DNA from: a virus
IMG/VR virus record: IMGVR_UViG_3300045988_059300
Length of the DNA stretch: 42,446 nucleotides
Direction: 5' to 3' (one strand)
The translations under genes and the position numbers were made by a program. Shown one piece after another: positions 25,568 to 34,895 of this stretch (positions within the stretch are counted from its first letter, which is position 1; each line of letters opens with the position of its first letter). The notes under the pieces were generated by a model, which searched no databases, was not told where the DNA came from, and was given only the letters and a program-made list of their open reading frames with translations.

Positions 25568-27304
25568 TCAGGCCCCCCTTTCCTGCGGAACTTCTCCCGT
25601 CTGGTTGATAACCCGCTGCAACGCCCCATATCCGGCGCCGCCCCGCAGCGGTGGATTTTCCTGCCCGGCAGGCGCGGGGCCTCCCCCATTCCCGGAGTTG
25701 CCGCCTGCGCCGCCCATCGCCATTGCCATCTGCCGCTGCTGGTCTGCCTGTAATACCGCAATCAACGTCTCCCGGTCTGTGATCTGACCGGCAGGCAGGC
25801 GCTTCAAATACTCCACTGTGGAAATCTTGCCCTGCATCAGCAAATTGTCCAGCGTCTGCATAGAGGCGATTTCGGACCAGTAAGAGGATGCTCCCACATC
25901 CAGGTCCACGGTAAAGTAGTAGTCCTTCAGGCTGGAAAAATCGAACGGAGCTAAGACCTTCCCATTAGACCCCGGCATGGTGAACATCACACGGTTGCCA
26001 CCTAGAGCTGTCTGGTCAACAGGAATCTCCACGTAGCGGTCCCCGTAATACTCGCCCATAAACTCCATGTAAATCCTGCCCTGGTCTTCAATGGCCTGCA
26101 GCAGCGTTTGCTTTGTCAGCTCCATAGGAGTCGCCGCCGCCCGCTGCAGGGCAATGATAGCGGAGGTGTTGTCGGGCCGTGTATCGCCAAGGGCCACGTC
26201 GGAAGCGCCCAGAAACCGCTGGGTGTAGGAGATTGCCAAGTCAATGAATTGGCTGATCTGCGGAGAGATGGTGGCCGGGTCGATGATTTTCGCCACATTC
26301 TCCACGCTGCCGTTGACGGCGATGGCCGCGCCCACCCGGTTGCTCCACTTGGCGACCTTCGTCTTGTCGAAGATGATCTTGGGATATGCCAGCATCATCA
26401 GAGAGATCATGGACATGGCAAACAGTTTGTTTACGAAAATCTGGTTCGGAATGAGCCCTGTAATCATGGCCTGCCCATGGTAGCAGTCCTGTACAAAGTC
26501 CCAGGACATCCAGGAGATGGGATACAGCTTGATTCCAAGGTCCCATTCGGGCTTGATCTCTTGATTCTGCGTGCATTCATAACCATGGATGGTTCCGCTC
26601 TCGTCATCCCGCCACAGCCGCAGCAGAACCGTAACTTTATTTCCGCCCAGCTCGTCCATGCGGCTATCCCCGCTCTGCTTGCTGTCAGCAGTGATGCTGT
26701 CCGCATCATCCTCCCTGACGCCGTTTGCGATTGCCCGCTTCTTGGCCTCAGAAACCAGCATCCGGCGTTCAATCATGATATAGGGCTGACTCTGAACGTC
26801 TCGGCTGTTGGGGTTTCCAAACAGCACCTGTGTGTTCATCAAAACTTCCGTTTTGATTGCGCCCTTGCTTGGCTGCCCTGTCTCTACATCAGGGTCCCAA
26901 TAGGTGTACAAGCAGCCGTCCCCATCCACCGCGGCGTTCCTGGCAAACTCGCGGATACAGGCCCCCATTTTGTTGAACTCGAAAATAGACTGGAATTGGT
27001 CATTCAAGAGGTCTGTCAAAATCTCTGCATCCTGACCTGTCAGTTTTCCGTTGGAGGGCAGCGGTTTTGCGTGGAGCTTCAGGTTGTCTGTAGACACATT
27101 CGCCACGGAAAACAAAACGACACGTTTCAGGAAATTGAAAACAGGAGTAGGCAGGCCATTGCTATGTACTCCCTCCCACTGCTTGCCAATGAAAAAGTTC
27201 TCATTGACATTCACGCAGTCATACAGCTGAATTCCCTGATTAAACTGGACCCCAGCCTGATACTCCGCAGACACCTTCTGAGGTGTCGGATCAAACTTCT
27301 TCAT
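25568..27304 (-). CDS. Portal protein (578 aa)
   Basis: AAGGAG RBS. NENFFIGKQWEG..GLPTPVFNFLKRV. Gly-rich C-terminus. Size and position fit a portal. Confidence 0.75.
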   Translation of the reverse strand: MKKFDPTPQKVSAEYQAGVQFNQGIQLYDCVNVNENFFIGKQWEGVHSNGLPTPVFNFLKRVVLFSVANVSTDNLKLHAKPLPSNGKLTGQDAEILTDLLNDQFQSIFEFNKMGACIREFARNAAVDGDGCLYTYWDPDVETGQPSKGAIKTEVLMNTQVLFGNPNSRDVQSQPYIMIERRMLVSEAKKRAIANGVREDDADSITADSKQSGDSRMDELGGNKVTVLLRLWRDDESGTIHGYECTQNQEIKPEWDLGIKLYPISWMSWDFVQDCYHGQAMITGLIPNQIFVNKLFAMSMISLMMLAYPKIIFDKTKVAKWSNRVGAAIAVNGSVENVAKIIDPATISPQISQFIDLAISYTQRFLGASDVALGDTRPDNTSAIIALQRAAATPMELTKQTLLQAIEDQGRIYMEFMGEYYGDRYVEIPVDQTALGGNRVMFTMPGSNGKVLAPFDFSSLKDYYFTVDLDVGASSYWSEIASMQTLDNLLMQGKISTVEYLKRLPAGQITDRETLIAVLQADQQRQMAMAMGGAGGNSGNGGGPAPAGQENPPLRGGAGYGALQRVINQTGEVPQERGA

Positions 27305-27315
27305 TGCTCAACTCC

Positions 27316-29154
27316 TTACTTCACGTTCCCGGCATACCGCAGTTGAATGTCCGTCTCCAGAACAGTCGCCGTCGCGGATGCGCTCTTGCTCTTGAAAATC
27401 AGCTTGTAGAAAGTCGCCTTCTTCACCTTCAGCTTCAACCGGTCCACTTGGGGTTTCCGGTTGGTTCGGAAGGACCAATGGCGGAAATCCGCATGGGTAA
27501 AGGTCGCCAAGCTGGATGCCACAACCTTCTCCGGGTAATCACTCCTCCGGTTACTCTGTGCCGTCACTGTGATCCGGGCGTTGGTTTCCGGCTGGATTGC
27601 AACGAACAGCATAGGGGAGTATTTCAGCAGCCAGTCCTTGTCAAAGTCCATGGAGCCTGTGGCGGCATAGGCATCGATCTCTTCTGTATCATCATTTCGA
27701 TACTGCCGGGACAGATGCTTGATTTTTCCATCCTCCGTGATGCCGTAGGTGTCATCCTCCACATCCACCATCTGCTGGAACGGCATATTGGTGTAGTAAT
27801 ACCAGCTGTCATTTGCGTAGTTCAGAATGACGGCGTTTCCATTCCACAAAAACCAGTATTCGTGCTCCCGCTTTCTGTTGAAGGTTCTGACCTCCGAAAG
27901 CGCCCAACCGCTGATCGTGGCCGCGATCCGGTCTGAAATGCGCCGTGCATTCTGCTCATTGTCCGTGATATTCCCGGTACTGGACGTAGACCGCCACTGG
28001 TAGATGCTGCTGCCGTCCAGTGTCAGCGGATTGTTTTCCAGTAACCGCACCTGTCCGGGAGCGTCATTCCCGATCTGCCGGTTGACCGGCAGCACATAAA
28101 ATCCGGGCGTGGTGATTCCGGTGTCCAGCGTCACGGTGCTGTAGGTGATCGACCATGCGCTGTCCCGCTTGAAGGCCAGCAGCCGGGCATAATGCCGCAC
28201 AAGAGCGGTCAGCGGCGTGTTGCTGTCCCCGATGGCCGCCTCGTATAGGTCCGGGAAATAATCCGCCGACGCGAGGCCGGTGTCTCCGTTGATTCCGCTG
28301 TAGATGGTCCGGTTTGTCCCATCTCCATACAGGAACACACGGGTATCGTTGGAGCCGTTGTAGAGCTCAGAGAAGTGCATCCCAGTCACATCGCCACGGG
28401 CGCCATCGCCTTTCTTGTAGGTGATGGTCACAGTATTCGTCCCCTTGGCCGGGGCTGTGTTGAAGGTCACTTTTCCAGCCGCGGTGTCGGCGGTATACTG
28501 CACATCCGTCCCCTCTACCGCGGTCACACTGTCGATCTCTTTCTCCGGCAGGAAAAAATCTTTCGCCTCGCCGTCCGGGGAGAAGCGTACACGCCGCAGC
28601 CCCGTCAGCCGGTTCACATTCTCCAGCTGTGTTCCGCTGCCCTCCGGCGTGGTTGCTGTCTGTACCAGCGGGATATAGCCTTCCACATCCTGAAAGGTCT
28701 CCTCTGATTCTCCAGTCCAGCTCTTGTACTCATGGCCGTTCAGCAGATAAACCTTCTCGTCAAAGCCGAAAAAGGAGGTCTTGTCCTGGGTACAGGTCCC
28801 TACTGCCTTTACACTCTCCAGCAGAATGTCCACATCGAAGATCACACCGCCAAATGCGCACAGCAGATGGTATTCCCCTCCCACCATGCCATACCAGCAG
28901 CCGCAGAATACCGGGTGCTCTTCCACGCCTTCTTCCTGGCTGTCCGCCCAGCTATCCCAGGCAGAGCGAAGGGCAAGAACCGTCTGCGTACCTGGACGGA
29001 TTTGGAGATGGCCGTCCCTGGTAATGGCAAAGTTCCGCATCTCAGAGAGCTCTCCAACTCTGATTTTGGTGTCGCCGTCCTGGTTTTCGTTCAACCCCAG
29101 AAACTCCTTGATTTTCAGAATGGTCAGATTGTTCGATGTGGAAATGCTTGCCAC
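27316..29154 (-). CDS. Tail structural protein (612 aa; tube/nozzle-type candidate)
   Basis: GTG start after GGAGGGGGTGA. Beta-rich and lies between terL and the portal. Confidence 0.5.
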   Translation of the reverse strand: MASISTSNNLTILKIKEFLGLNENQDGDTKIRVGELSEMRNFAITRDGHLQIRPGTQTVLALRSAWDSWADSQEEGVEEHPVFCGCWYGMVGGEYHLLCAFGGVIFDVDILLESVKAVGTCTQDKTSFFGFDEKVYLLNGHEYKSWTGESEETFQDVEGYIPLVQTATTPEGSGTQLENVNRLTGLRRVRFSPDGEAKDFFLPEKEIDSVTAVEGTDVQYTADTAAGKVTFNTAPAKGTNTVTITYKKGDGARGDVTGMHFSELYNGSNDTRVFLYGDGTNRTIYSGINGDTGLASADYFPDLYEAAIGDSNTPLTALVRHYARLLAFKRDSAWSITYSTVTLDTGITTPGFYVLPVNRQIGNDAPGQVRLLENNPLTLDGSSIYQWRSTSSTGNITDNEQNARRISDRIAATISGWALSEVRTFNRKREHEYWFLWNGNAVILNYANDSWYYYTNMPFQQMVDVEDDTYGITEDGKIKHLSRQYRNDDTEEIDAYAATGSMDFDKDWLLKYSPMLFVAIQPETNARITVTAQSNRRSDYPEKVVASSLATFTHADFRHWSFRTNRKPQVDRLKLKVKKATFYKLIFKSKSASATATVLETDIQLRYAGNVK

Positions 29155-29157
29155 AGG

Positions 29158-30561
29158 TCAGTCACCCCCTCCATAGGTCAGATAATCGTCTGTCATTTCT
29201 CCGCCGGTCATCTCGTCGTCGTAGTCCGTCATCCCGGCGCTATCGAAGTCCTCCACTTTCGGCGGTGCGGGCTTCTCCGCGCTCAGTGTCCGGGTAACAC
29301 AAAAATAACGGCAGGCATCGCAGATGTGGGTGATCTCATGGGGTTCCGTGGCACAGTCCGACGGGTTTTTGTCGTCGTGCTGGATGGCCGGAAGATTCGT
29401 GCAAAGCCCCTTGCAGTCCTGCGTCACCAGCAGGCCCGGCCGGTCCTTTTCGCTGTTCAGTGGTTTCAGCATCTCCTTGACTGCCATCCAGCCCTGCACA
29501 CGGTTGTTGCTGGCCCGAATGATGCCAACGCCATTTTCCATGAACAGCTCTGCCATGCTCTTTCCGCTGTCCTTCTGCCGGTTCCACATATCCGGCGGCG
29601 CCGCCGTAAACTCGATCTGCTCCCAAGACGGCGTCAGGTCCAGCATCAGCTTTGCCGCCTCGGATACAATGATGCCGCTCTTCTGTACCTCGCGATACAC
29701 ATAGCAGCGCCCATCGAAATCAACAGCAATCCAGAGGCAGGCAAACATATCCAGGCCATAGTCGAACGCCCGGTACTTCTTCCACTCCGCAGGAATCCTC
29801 CAGAACGGTTTGATAATATGAGTCTCCGCCCGGAACTCCGGGAAGAATGTTCCGGCCAGAGCGTCCCAATCGCCATACCGCCAGGCCGCGCGCACATCAT
29901 CCGGCAGCAAGTCCAGCATCTGCACATACTCTGGGGACGCCTCCAGCAGCTGGGGATTATCATCCACCGTGGCGTGAATGAAGGTATAGTCCTCTGCTTT
30001 TTCTCCGTTCTGATACTGGCGAGAGATAAACAGGCGTTTGACCCACATGTGCCCAACTCCGCCGGGGTTACAGGTCAGGTACATCCGGCGTGGAAACTTC
30101 GTAGCACCGCGCAGACAGGCGCCCAGTGTTCGGAACTGGTATTCCGTGAATTGTGTCGCCTCGTCCATGAAAATCCAGTCGTATTCCTGGCCCTGATATT
30201 CCACATCGTCCCCGCTGCTATAATGTCCGAACTTGATAACACTTCCGTTGGAGAAGAAAAACATGTGCATGGTGGCGTTATATGCTGCGATCTCTGCCGG
30301 AATCAGCTTCCGCATGGGCAGGATCATCGTCTGCTCCAGTTCCGGATATTCTTTTCGGACAATCAAAATCCGGATTCCCGGATAGGTCATCGCACCGCCA
30401 ATCGCTTTAATCCGCACAACATGGCTCTTTCCGCCGCCGCGGGCGCCGCCGTATCCAACATAGCGAGACCGCGCCTGACAGAACTGCTTCTGCTTTGGGT
30501 TCAAATCTCCCAGAGCCAGATTGACGGCTCCGCTGTTGTTTCGTGCTTTCTTGTTTGCCAT
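29158..30561 (-). CDS. terL: Terminase large subunit
   Basis: Walker A GGARGGGKS and Walker B WIFMDEAT, with a C-terminal nuclease-type region. ATG 30561 follows AAGGTGA. Confidence 0.9.
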   Translation of the reverse strand: MANKKARNNSGAVNLALGDLNPKQKQFCQARSRYVGYGGARGGGKSHVVRIKAIGGAMTYPGIRILIVRKEYPELEQTMILPMRKLIPAEIAAYNATMHMFFFSNGSVIKFGHYSSGDDVEYQGQEYDWIFMDEATQFTEYQFRTLGACLRGATKFPRRMYLTCNPGGVGHMWVKRLFISRQYQNGEKAEDYTFIHATVDDNPQLLEASPEYVQMLDLLPDDVRAAWRYGDWDALAGTFFPEFRAETHIIKPFWRIPAEWKKYRAFDYGLDMFACLWIAVDFDGRCYVYREVQKSGIIVSEAAKLMLDLTPSWEQIEFTAAPPDMWNRQKDSGKSMAELFMENGVGIIRASNNRVQGWMAVKEMLKPLNSEKDRPGLLVTQDCKGLCTNLPAIQHDDKNPSDCATEPHEITHICDACRYFCVTRTLSAEKPAPPKVEDFDSAGMTDYDDEMTGGEMTDDYLTYGGGD

Positions 30562-30591
30562 GCGCTCACCTTTCAGGGAATGACTAGGGGA

Positions 30592-30615
30592 ATAGGCCCC
30601 CTTGCGGGGGCCTAT
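30592..30615 (-). terminator. Strong stem-loop directly after the major capsid gene
   Basis: ataggccccc-ttgc-gggggcctat, a 10-bp stem. No clean U-tract. Confidence 0.5.
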
Positions 30616-30620
30616 ATTGC

Positions 30621-31676
30621 TTACTCGTATGCCTTGTCGGCTTCCATGCCGCAGCAGCCGTCCTTGATCTGGATGCACCGCATAACTTGGCCGGAAGTCA
30701 GCGTCACGCCGCTGGAGGGATAGGTCTCAGCAGTAGAGCTGTACCGGGGGTTGGTCCCGTCCACCGTGTACTTGTACACATTGCTGCCCGGTTCGGAAAT
30801 CGTGACTTTGTGCGCAGAGATGGACAGTGTGGGAGCCGACAGAACAGCCGCGTTACTGCCGCACACTGCAACGCCGTCGCCCTTGGTTGCCAGGATGAAG
30901 CTGTCGTAGTAGGTGACGCCCTGCACCACAGGACCGGCATAGCCCTGTACCTTGGGCAGCACGTCATACTGCTGCAGCTTTACGGGGTCCACACTGGATC
31001 CCTTGTACTTGATTAGGAAGTACACGCCGGAGGGCAGATAGCTCTTGGGAATGGTGACGACTTTCGTTCCGTCCACTTCACCCACAACGCCTTTTGCCAG
31101 CGCCTTGGTGCCCAGGCCCTCCAGATTGATGAAGTCCGGGTTCTGCTTCAGCAGCTTGTAATACTCCGTGGGGATATACAGTGTCCGGTTCTCCACCGGG
31201 ACAAAGGCGTCCGTCATCTGGGCGTTGACATCGATGATGTACTCCACAATGGTGCTCTTGGTAGGCGCTGCGGAGGGCTGATACTGGATGTTGGCGCCCT
31301 CACACCACTTTCTCAGCCGGTACTTATCCATGTTGGGGATAGTGACCTCGTCCAGCTGACGCCGCAGGGACTTTCCCGCTGACTTCTCGATGGCCTGATC
31401 GCTGTTATCCAGAGGCTCAATGACAAATGTAAAGGCAGGCGCCTTGTTCATCGTCATCTCCTGGATCGTGTCGCCCAGGTTCTTCGGGGTGCCAAACCGG
31501 TTGCCATCTGCAGTCCGGTTATAATCGGTCTCCGGCACAGTATCCACGGAGTAGACACGGATGGTCTTGGCTCCTACAAAGGAATATTCGTGGCCCGCGG
31601 CGGAGTCCGTGATGGATGCCTTGTGAAATCTCTCTGCGATTTTGTCTGCGTATTTGACTGTGTAATTAACTGCCAT
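30621..31676 (-). CDS. Major capsid protein with C-terminal Ig-like/CHB_HEX_C-like module
   Basis: Immediately follows the scaffold gene. C-terminal PTLSISAHKVTISEPGSNVYKYTVDGTNPRYSSTAETYPSSGVTLTSGQVMRCIQIKDG. Confidence 0.75.
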   Translation of the reverse strand: MAVNYTVKYADKIAERFHKASITDSAAGHEYSFVGAKTIRVYSVDTVPETDYNRTADGNRFGTPKNLGDTIQEMTMNKAPAFTFVIEPLDNSDQAIEKSAGKSLRRQLDEVTIPNMDKYRLRKWCEGANIQYQPSAAPTKSTIVEYIIDVNAQMTDAFVPVENRTLYIPTEYYKLLKQNPDFINLEGLGTKALAKGVVGEVDGTKVVTIPKSYLPSGVYFLIKYKGSSVDPVKLQQYDVLPKVQGYAGPVVQGVTYYDSFILATKGDGVAVCGSNAAVLSAPTLSISAHKVTISEPGSNVYKYTVDGTNPRYSSTAETYPSSGVTLTSGQVMRCIQIKDGCCGMEADKAYE

Positions 31677-31678
31677 GT

Positions 31679-31714
31679 GGCCCTCTCTTTCTTTTCACCA
31701 GATGCGAGAAGGCC
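31679..31714 (-). promoter_or_regulatory. Stem sequestering the capsid-gene Shine-Dalgarno
   Basis: On the - strand, ggccuucuc (8 nt after the scaffold stop) pairs with gagagggcc (contains the SD, 2 nt before AUG). 9 bp with one G-U. Confidence 0.45.
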
Positions 31715-31721
31715 CCTGAAA

Positions 31722-32636
31722 TCAGGAATCCCAGCCATCCAGGAACGGGTCCTTGTTCTTGTTGTCCGCACCGGCAGACTTCATGCTGCCAGTGGACCGC
31801 TCCGTATTTTTCTGGTTCTGCTTGATGGCAGAAGCATTGTGTTCTGCCTTGGCGGCCTGCTCATTCGCCCGTGCCACCTGCCATCTGGCATAACTGGCAA
31901 CCAGGGAAAGGCCGCTTTTCACGCCGTCCCATACCTCTTTCGGAATTCCATTCGGGTCCTTTGCCGCATCCGGAAATGTCTTTTGAAACTCTTGAATATC
32001 CGCCATCCTGCGCTGCTCCGCGGACTGCTTCTGAGCCTCGGCGTCCCGCTGCTCCTTCTGCCTCTCCGCTTCAGCAGCTTCCTTGGCGGCTACGGTTGCC
32101 TCACGGTCCTCCAGCTCCACAGCCCTTTTGGCCTCTTCTGCATTCAGGCCTTCGGCTCTCTTAGCTTCCTGGCGGATGTGGGCAATATAGTCCGTGGTGT
32201 TCATGCCTGCCTTGTTCGCAAACTGGCTGAACAGGTCCATCACAGGCCGGAATTCCTCATACTTGCCGTGAATCCGGTCATAGTCCAGGCCCTTTTGGGC
32301 AAGGGCCGTCAGTTCCTGTTCGTTGACTGTCTTGTCCTCGCCTAAATGGCGCAGCGTCCAGGTTTTCGGTGTGGTCTCCGGTTCCTGGGCCTCCGGTGCC
32401 TCCTGCTTCTCCGGTTCAACGCTTTCGCCCGGTTTGGCGTCAGTGTTTTCGTTGCCAGCAGCAGGTGTTTCCGGCGCCTTTTGCTCTTCATCAGCAGGTG
32501 TTTCTTCATGCTTCGGCTCCTGTTCTTCCGGCTGGTCTGCCGGGCTTTCCAGAGTCTCCGCCCCGTCGAATCCATCCATGAAGGAGTCAACCGTGGTCTC
32601 GGTCTCCTGCTCCAAACCGGTGGTATTCTCTTCCAT
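31722..32636 (-). CDS. Scaffolding protein
   Basis: Acidic N-terminus, E/K/A-rich coiled coil, directly upstream of the capsid gene. Confidence 0.7.
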   Translation of the reverse strand: MEENTTGLEQETETTVDSFMDGFDGAETLESPADQPEEQEPKHEETPADEEQKAPETPAAGNENTDAKPGESVEPEKQEAPEAQEPETTPKTWTLRHLGEDKTVNEQELTALAQKGLDYDRIHGKYEEFRPVMDLFSQFANKAGMNTTDYIAHIRQEAKRAEGLNAEEAKRAVELEDREATVAAKEAAEAERQKEQRDAEAQKQSAEQRRMADIQEFQKTFPDAAKDPNGIPKEVWDGVKSGLSLVASYARWQVARANEQAAKAEHNASAIKQNQKNTERSTGSMKSAGADNKNKDPFLDGWDS

Positions 32637-32708
32637 TGGTTCCTTCTTTCCCCGCCTGGTCTGGCGGCGTGTATTTCAAGCGTCCGTGGTCTCGGGCGTC
32701 TTGCTCAG

Positions 32709-32776
32709 AAAAAACAAAAAAGACGCCAAAGCCGGGATCATTCCCAGCTCTGGCGTCTTGCGCTCTAGCTTGTTAT
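32709..32776 (-). promoter_or_regulatory. Conserved leader element copy B: 16-nt box + hairpin + U-tract
   Basis: The - strand reads AUAACAAGCUAGAGCG-CA-AGACGCCAGAG-CU-GGGA-AUGA-UCCC-GG-CUUUGGCGUCU-UUUUUGUUUUUU. The box overlaps the stop of 32773-32964. Confidence 0.75.
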
Positions 32777-32964
32777 TTCATTTTGAACTCCGGCAAATTT
32801 CCGGTGATCTCCTGCCCCATGAAGATTGTGGGCCACCACTCCCGCCTGCACTTGCGGCAGTATACCGGCGTCCCATACAGAACCGTGTTTCCCGTCACCT
32901 TCTGGATACCCTTATGGCATTTGGGGCAGGTGTACCATCCATGTACTACCATTGGCCGAACCAC
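32773..32964 (-). CDS. Cys-rich KTR-like zinc-ribbon protein
   Basis: WYTCPKCHKGIQKVTGNTVLYGTPVYCRKCRRE. Start at GTG 32964 or ATG 32952. Confidence 0.6.
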   Translation of the reverse strand: MVRPMVVHGWYTCPKCHKGIQKVTGNTVLYGTPVYCRKCRREWWPTIFMGQEITGNLPEFKMK

Positions 32965-33425
32965 CCGTATTCAATGCCGCCCCAGCGAGAAAGGTAGTTG
33001 TCTCCACCGCCTCCGCCGTACACATCCTCCACGCTCTCGATGCCGGAGGATGGCAGACGGCTTTTGGCCGTGTTCAGATTCTCCAGGTATGTCTGCCAGA
33101 AGAAGTTCGCCTGTGTGGGGTTCTCTTCCGTCAGCAGCAATCCGGCCAACCCATAGGACAGAACGTTCCGGCAGATGTAGTCATCGAGGTCCAGGTAGTC
33201 ATCCAGAGACGTCACACTGACCAGAGATGGTCGGGTTTTCGTCCCATCCGACAGGTCCGGATACGTGTCACTGTAAGGATAGACCTGATCCAGCAGCGTG
33301 TTCAGGATGTTTGGCGTCCGAAGCGCATATTCGTTCGTATCTGTTGTACGGGTCGCGCCTGTGGACTCGTTCTGCGCATCCATCAAATGGATCGCCATAT
33401 CAAAAACATCCTGCACAGATGCCAT
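32946..33425 (-). CDS. Hypothetical head-module protein (159 aa)
   Basis: GGAGG RBS and TAATG coupling. Confidence 0.7.
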   Translation of the reverse strand: MASVQDVFDMAIHLMDAQNESTGATRTTDTNEYALRTPNILNTLLDQVYPYSDTYPDLSDGTKTRPSLVSVTSLDDYLDLDDYICRNVLSYGLAGLLLTEENPTQANFFWQTYLENLNTAKSRLPSSGIESVEDVYGGGGGDNYLSRWGGIEYGWFGQW

Positions 33426-33664
33426 TACAGACCTCCTACATCAAAGCCATCTTTGCCATTGACTGAAAATGTCATCAGGTTTTGGATGCCCTCGTCGATC
33501 TCCTTGGACCGGCGCTGCTCGTCCCTGTCATCTTCTGCCTGCGGGTCCGGATTCTTCTTCGCCGCCGCTTCCTGCCGCTCCCCTCCATTTGTGAAGGAGC
33601 CGACCTTTACCCCGGTCAGGGCAACCACAGCACCAAACAGGAAACACGCCAAATACTCCATCAT
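33425..33664 (-). CDS. Small membrane protein (79 aa)
   Basis: N-terminal TM YLACFLFGAVVALTGV. ATGA coupling to terS. Confidence 0.6.
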   Translation of the reverse strand: MMEYLACFLFGAVVALTGVKVGSFTNGGERQEAAAKKNPDPQAEDDRDEQRRSKEIDEGIQNLMTFSVNGKDGFDVGGL

Positions 33665-34086
33665 GCGAAATCACTCGCCTCCATGTTCTTTCCCATCTGG
33701 ACACTGACTTTCACTTCTGCATTGGCTTCCACCTTGTCCTGATATCCGCCGTACCGCTTCTGTTTCAGCGCAAAGATCGGCATCGGGGCTTTCGGATTCC
33801 GGTACGCCATCTGAACAGCAGCGGCGGACATCCGCATGTAGGCCATCTGGATTGTCTCCTGCAGGTATTCGCAGCGGCGGCCATTGTACCAGTTATCCAG
33901 CGTCATGAGTGAAACACCCAAGTACACGCCAAGAGAAAATTCCTCGGGGACATCGCCGCGCTCCTCACACTCTGCAAAGTAAGCGTCCAGCTTTTCCTGC
34001 AGTTCCTCCGCAGTTGCATATTTTGCCCCCGCTCCCGTCCGCTTCTCCGCTTCCGGCTCCCCAGCCGCTTTTTTCGCTCTCGGCAT
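33661..34086 (-). CDS. terS: Terminase small subunit
   Basis: TAEELQEKLDAYFAECEERGDVPEEFSLGVYLGVSLMTLDNW pattern. First gene of the late block. Confidence 0.65.
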   Translation of the reverse strand: MPRAKKAAGEPEAEKRTGAGAKYATAEELQEKLDAYFAECEERGDVPEEFSLGVYLGVSLMTLDNWYNGRRCEYLQETIQMAYMRMSAAAVQMAYRNPKAPMPIFALKQKRYGGYQDKVEANAEVKVSVQMGKNMEASDFA

Positions 34087-34420
34087 GTCCTCACCGCCTT
34101 GTATCAAAATCGCCCCACCGCTGCTCTCTCCACGTAGGAACGCAGCCGTCAACACAAGCGGTAGGGCAACCGCACCGCATATCGGCTTCGATTGCGAAAC
34201 TCTGGTGCGGTCCCCCAGTTTCTAGTCCCCATTATAAGCCCCGCGGTCAGGGCAGGGCTGGAGGAACACCCTGCCCGCCGCAGGTGAGAAAAGAAGATGG
34301 TAGGCTTTCGCCTATCTATACTCTACCACAGATCGCTTCCAAATCGTTCAGCATATTTTATGCACCCCTGTTTTGTACCCGATAATAGTATTTTAAGGCC
34401 GGATTTCAGAACATATCCCA

Positions 34421-34514
34421 CCCGTTTTTCCGGTATCCCCCTGACCTGTAGAGAGTTGAGGGGATGTAGGAAATATAACCTATGCCGTTCCCAGCGAGGC
34501 CGCCCGTTTTTCCG
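34421..34514. repeat. Direct repeats CCCGTTTTTCCG (2 copies, 82 bp apart), with related TTTCCGAAT copies at 34711 and 34766
   Basis: Exact 12-mers at 34421-34432 and 34503-34514, each followed by nTAnCCC. Confidence 0.8.
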
Positions 34515-34895
34515 CTACCCCTCCCCCCTTGTTATCCATCATCTACAGCCCCGGCCGCATGCCCCCAGGCCAGCCACGCCCACGCAGGCCGCGGGTCGGA
34601 GCCATGATGCACACGCAGCCAGGGCGGCCAACCGACACAAAAATTACACAGAAAACCACAAAACCATTGCAAACACTAGATTTGCGTTTAACAAACAGTT
34701 AATTCCCATTTTTCCGAATTACTCCTTGTTATTTCTTTGCCAATTTAGTTCAATTTTTTTAAGTATTTCCGAATGGCTCTTTCTTGTACTTTCTTTCACA
34801 GAACAGATTTGCCCTCTTCCCATTCTTTTTGTATTCCCTCTGCGCTGGCTGGACAGACAAAGCAAAAGCGCCACCAGCAGGAGCCAGCGGCGCAA

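Noticed and set aside
26108-27346. 412-aa + strand ORF
   Set aside because: Antisense shadow of the portal gene.
28732-30723. 663-aa + strand ORF
   Set aside because: It is antisense to terL and the 612-aa tail gene, which have clear motifs and RBSs. Long shadow ORFs like this are typical of GC-rich DNA.
34180-34215. tRNA-like fragment (ttcgatt T-loop-like string)
   Set aside because: The flanking bases do not form a T-arm or acceptor stem. I recognised no tRNA, tmRNA or rRNA genes in the window.
34644-34709. 21-aa hydrophobic mini-ORF (MGINCLLNANLVFAMVLWFSV) on the - strand, a possible type I toxin
   Set aside because: The AAGGAG is 12 nt from the ATG, there is no charged tail, and there is no obvious antisense partner. 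Evidence is too weak.
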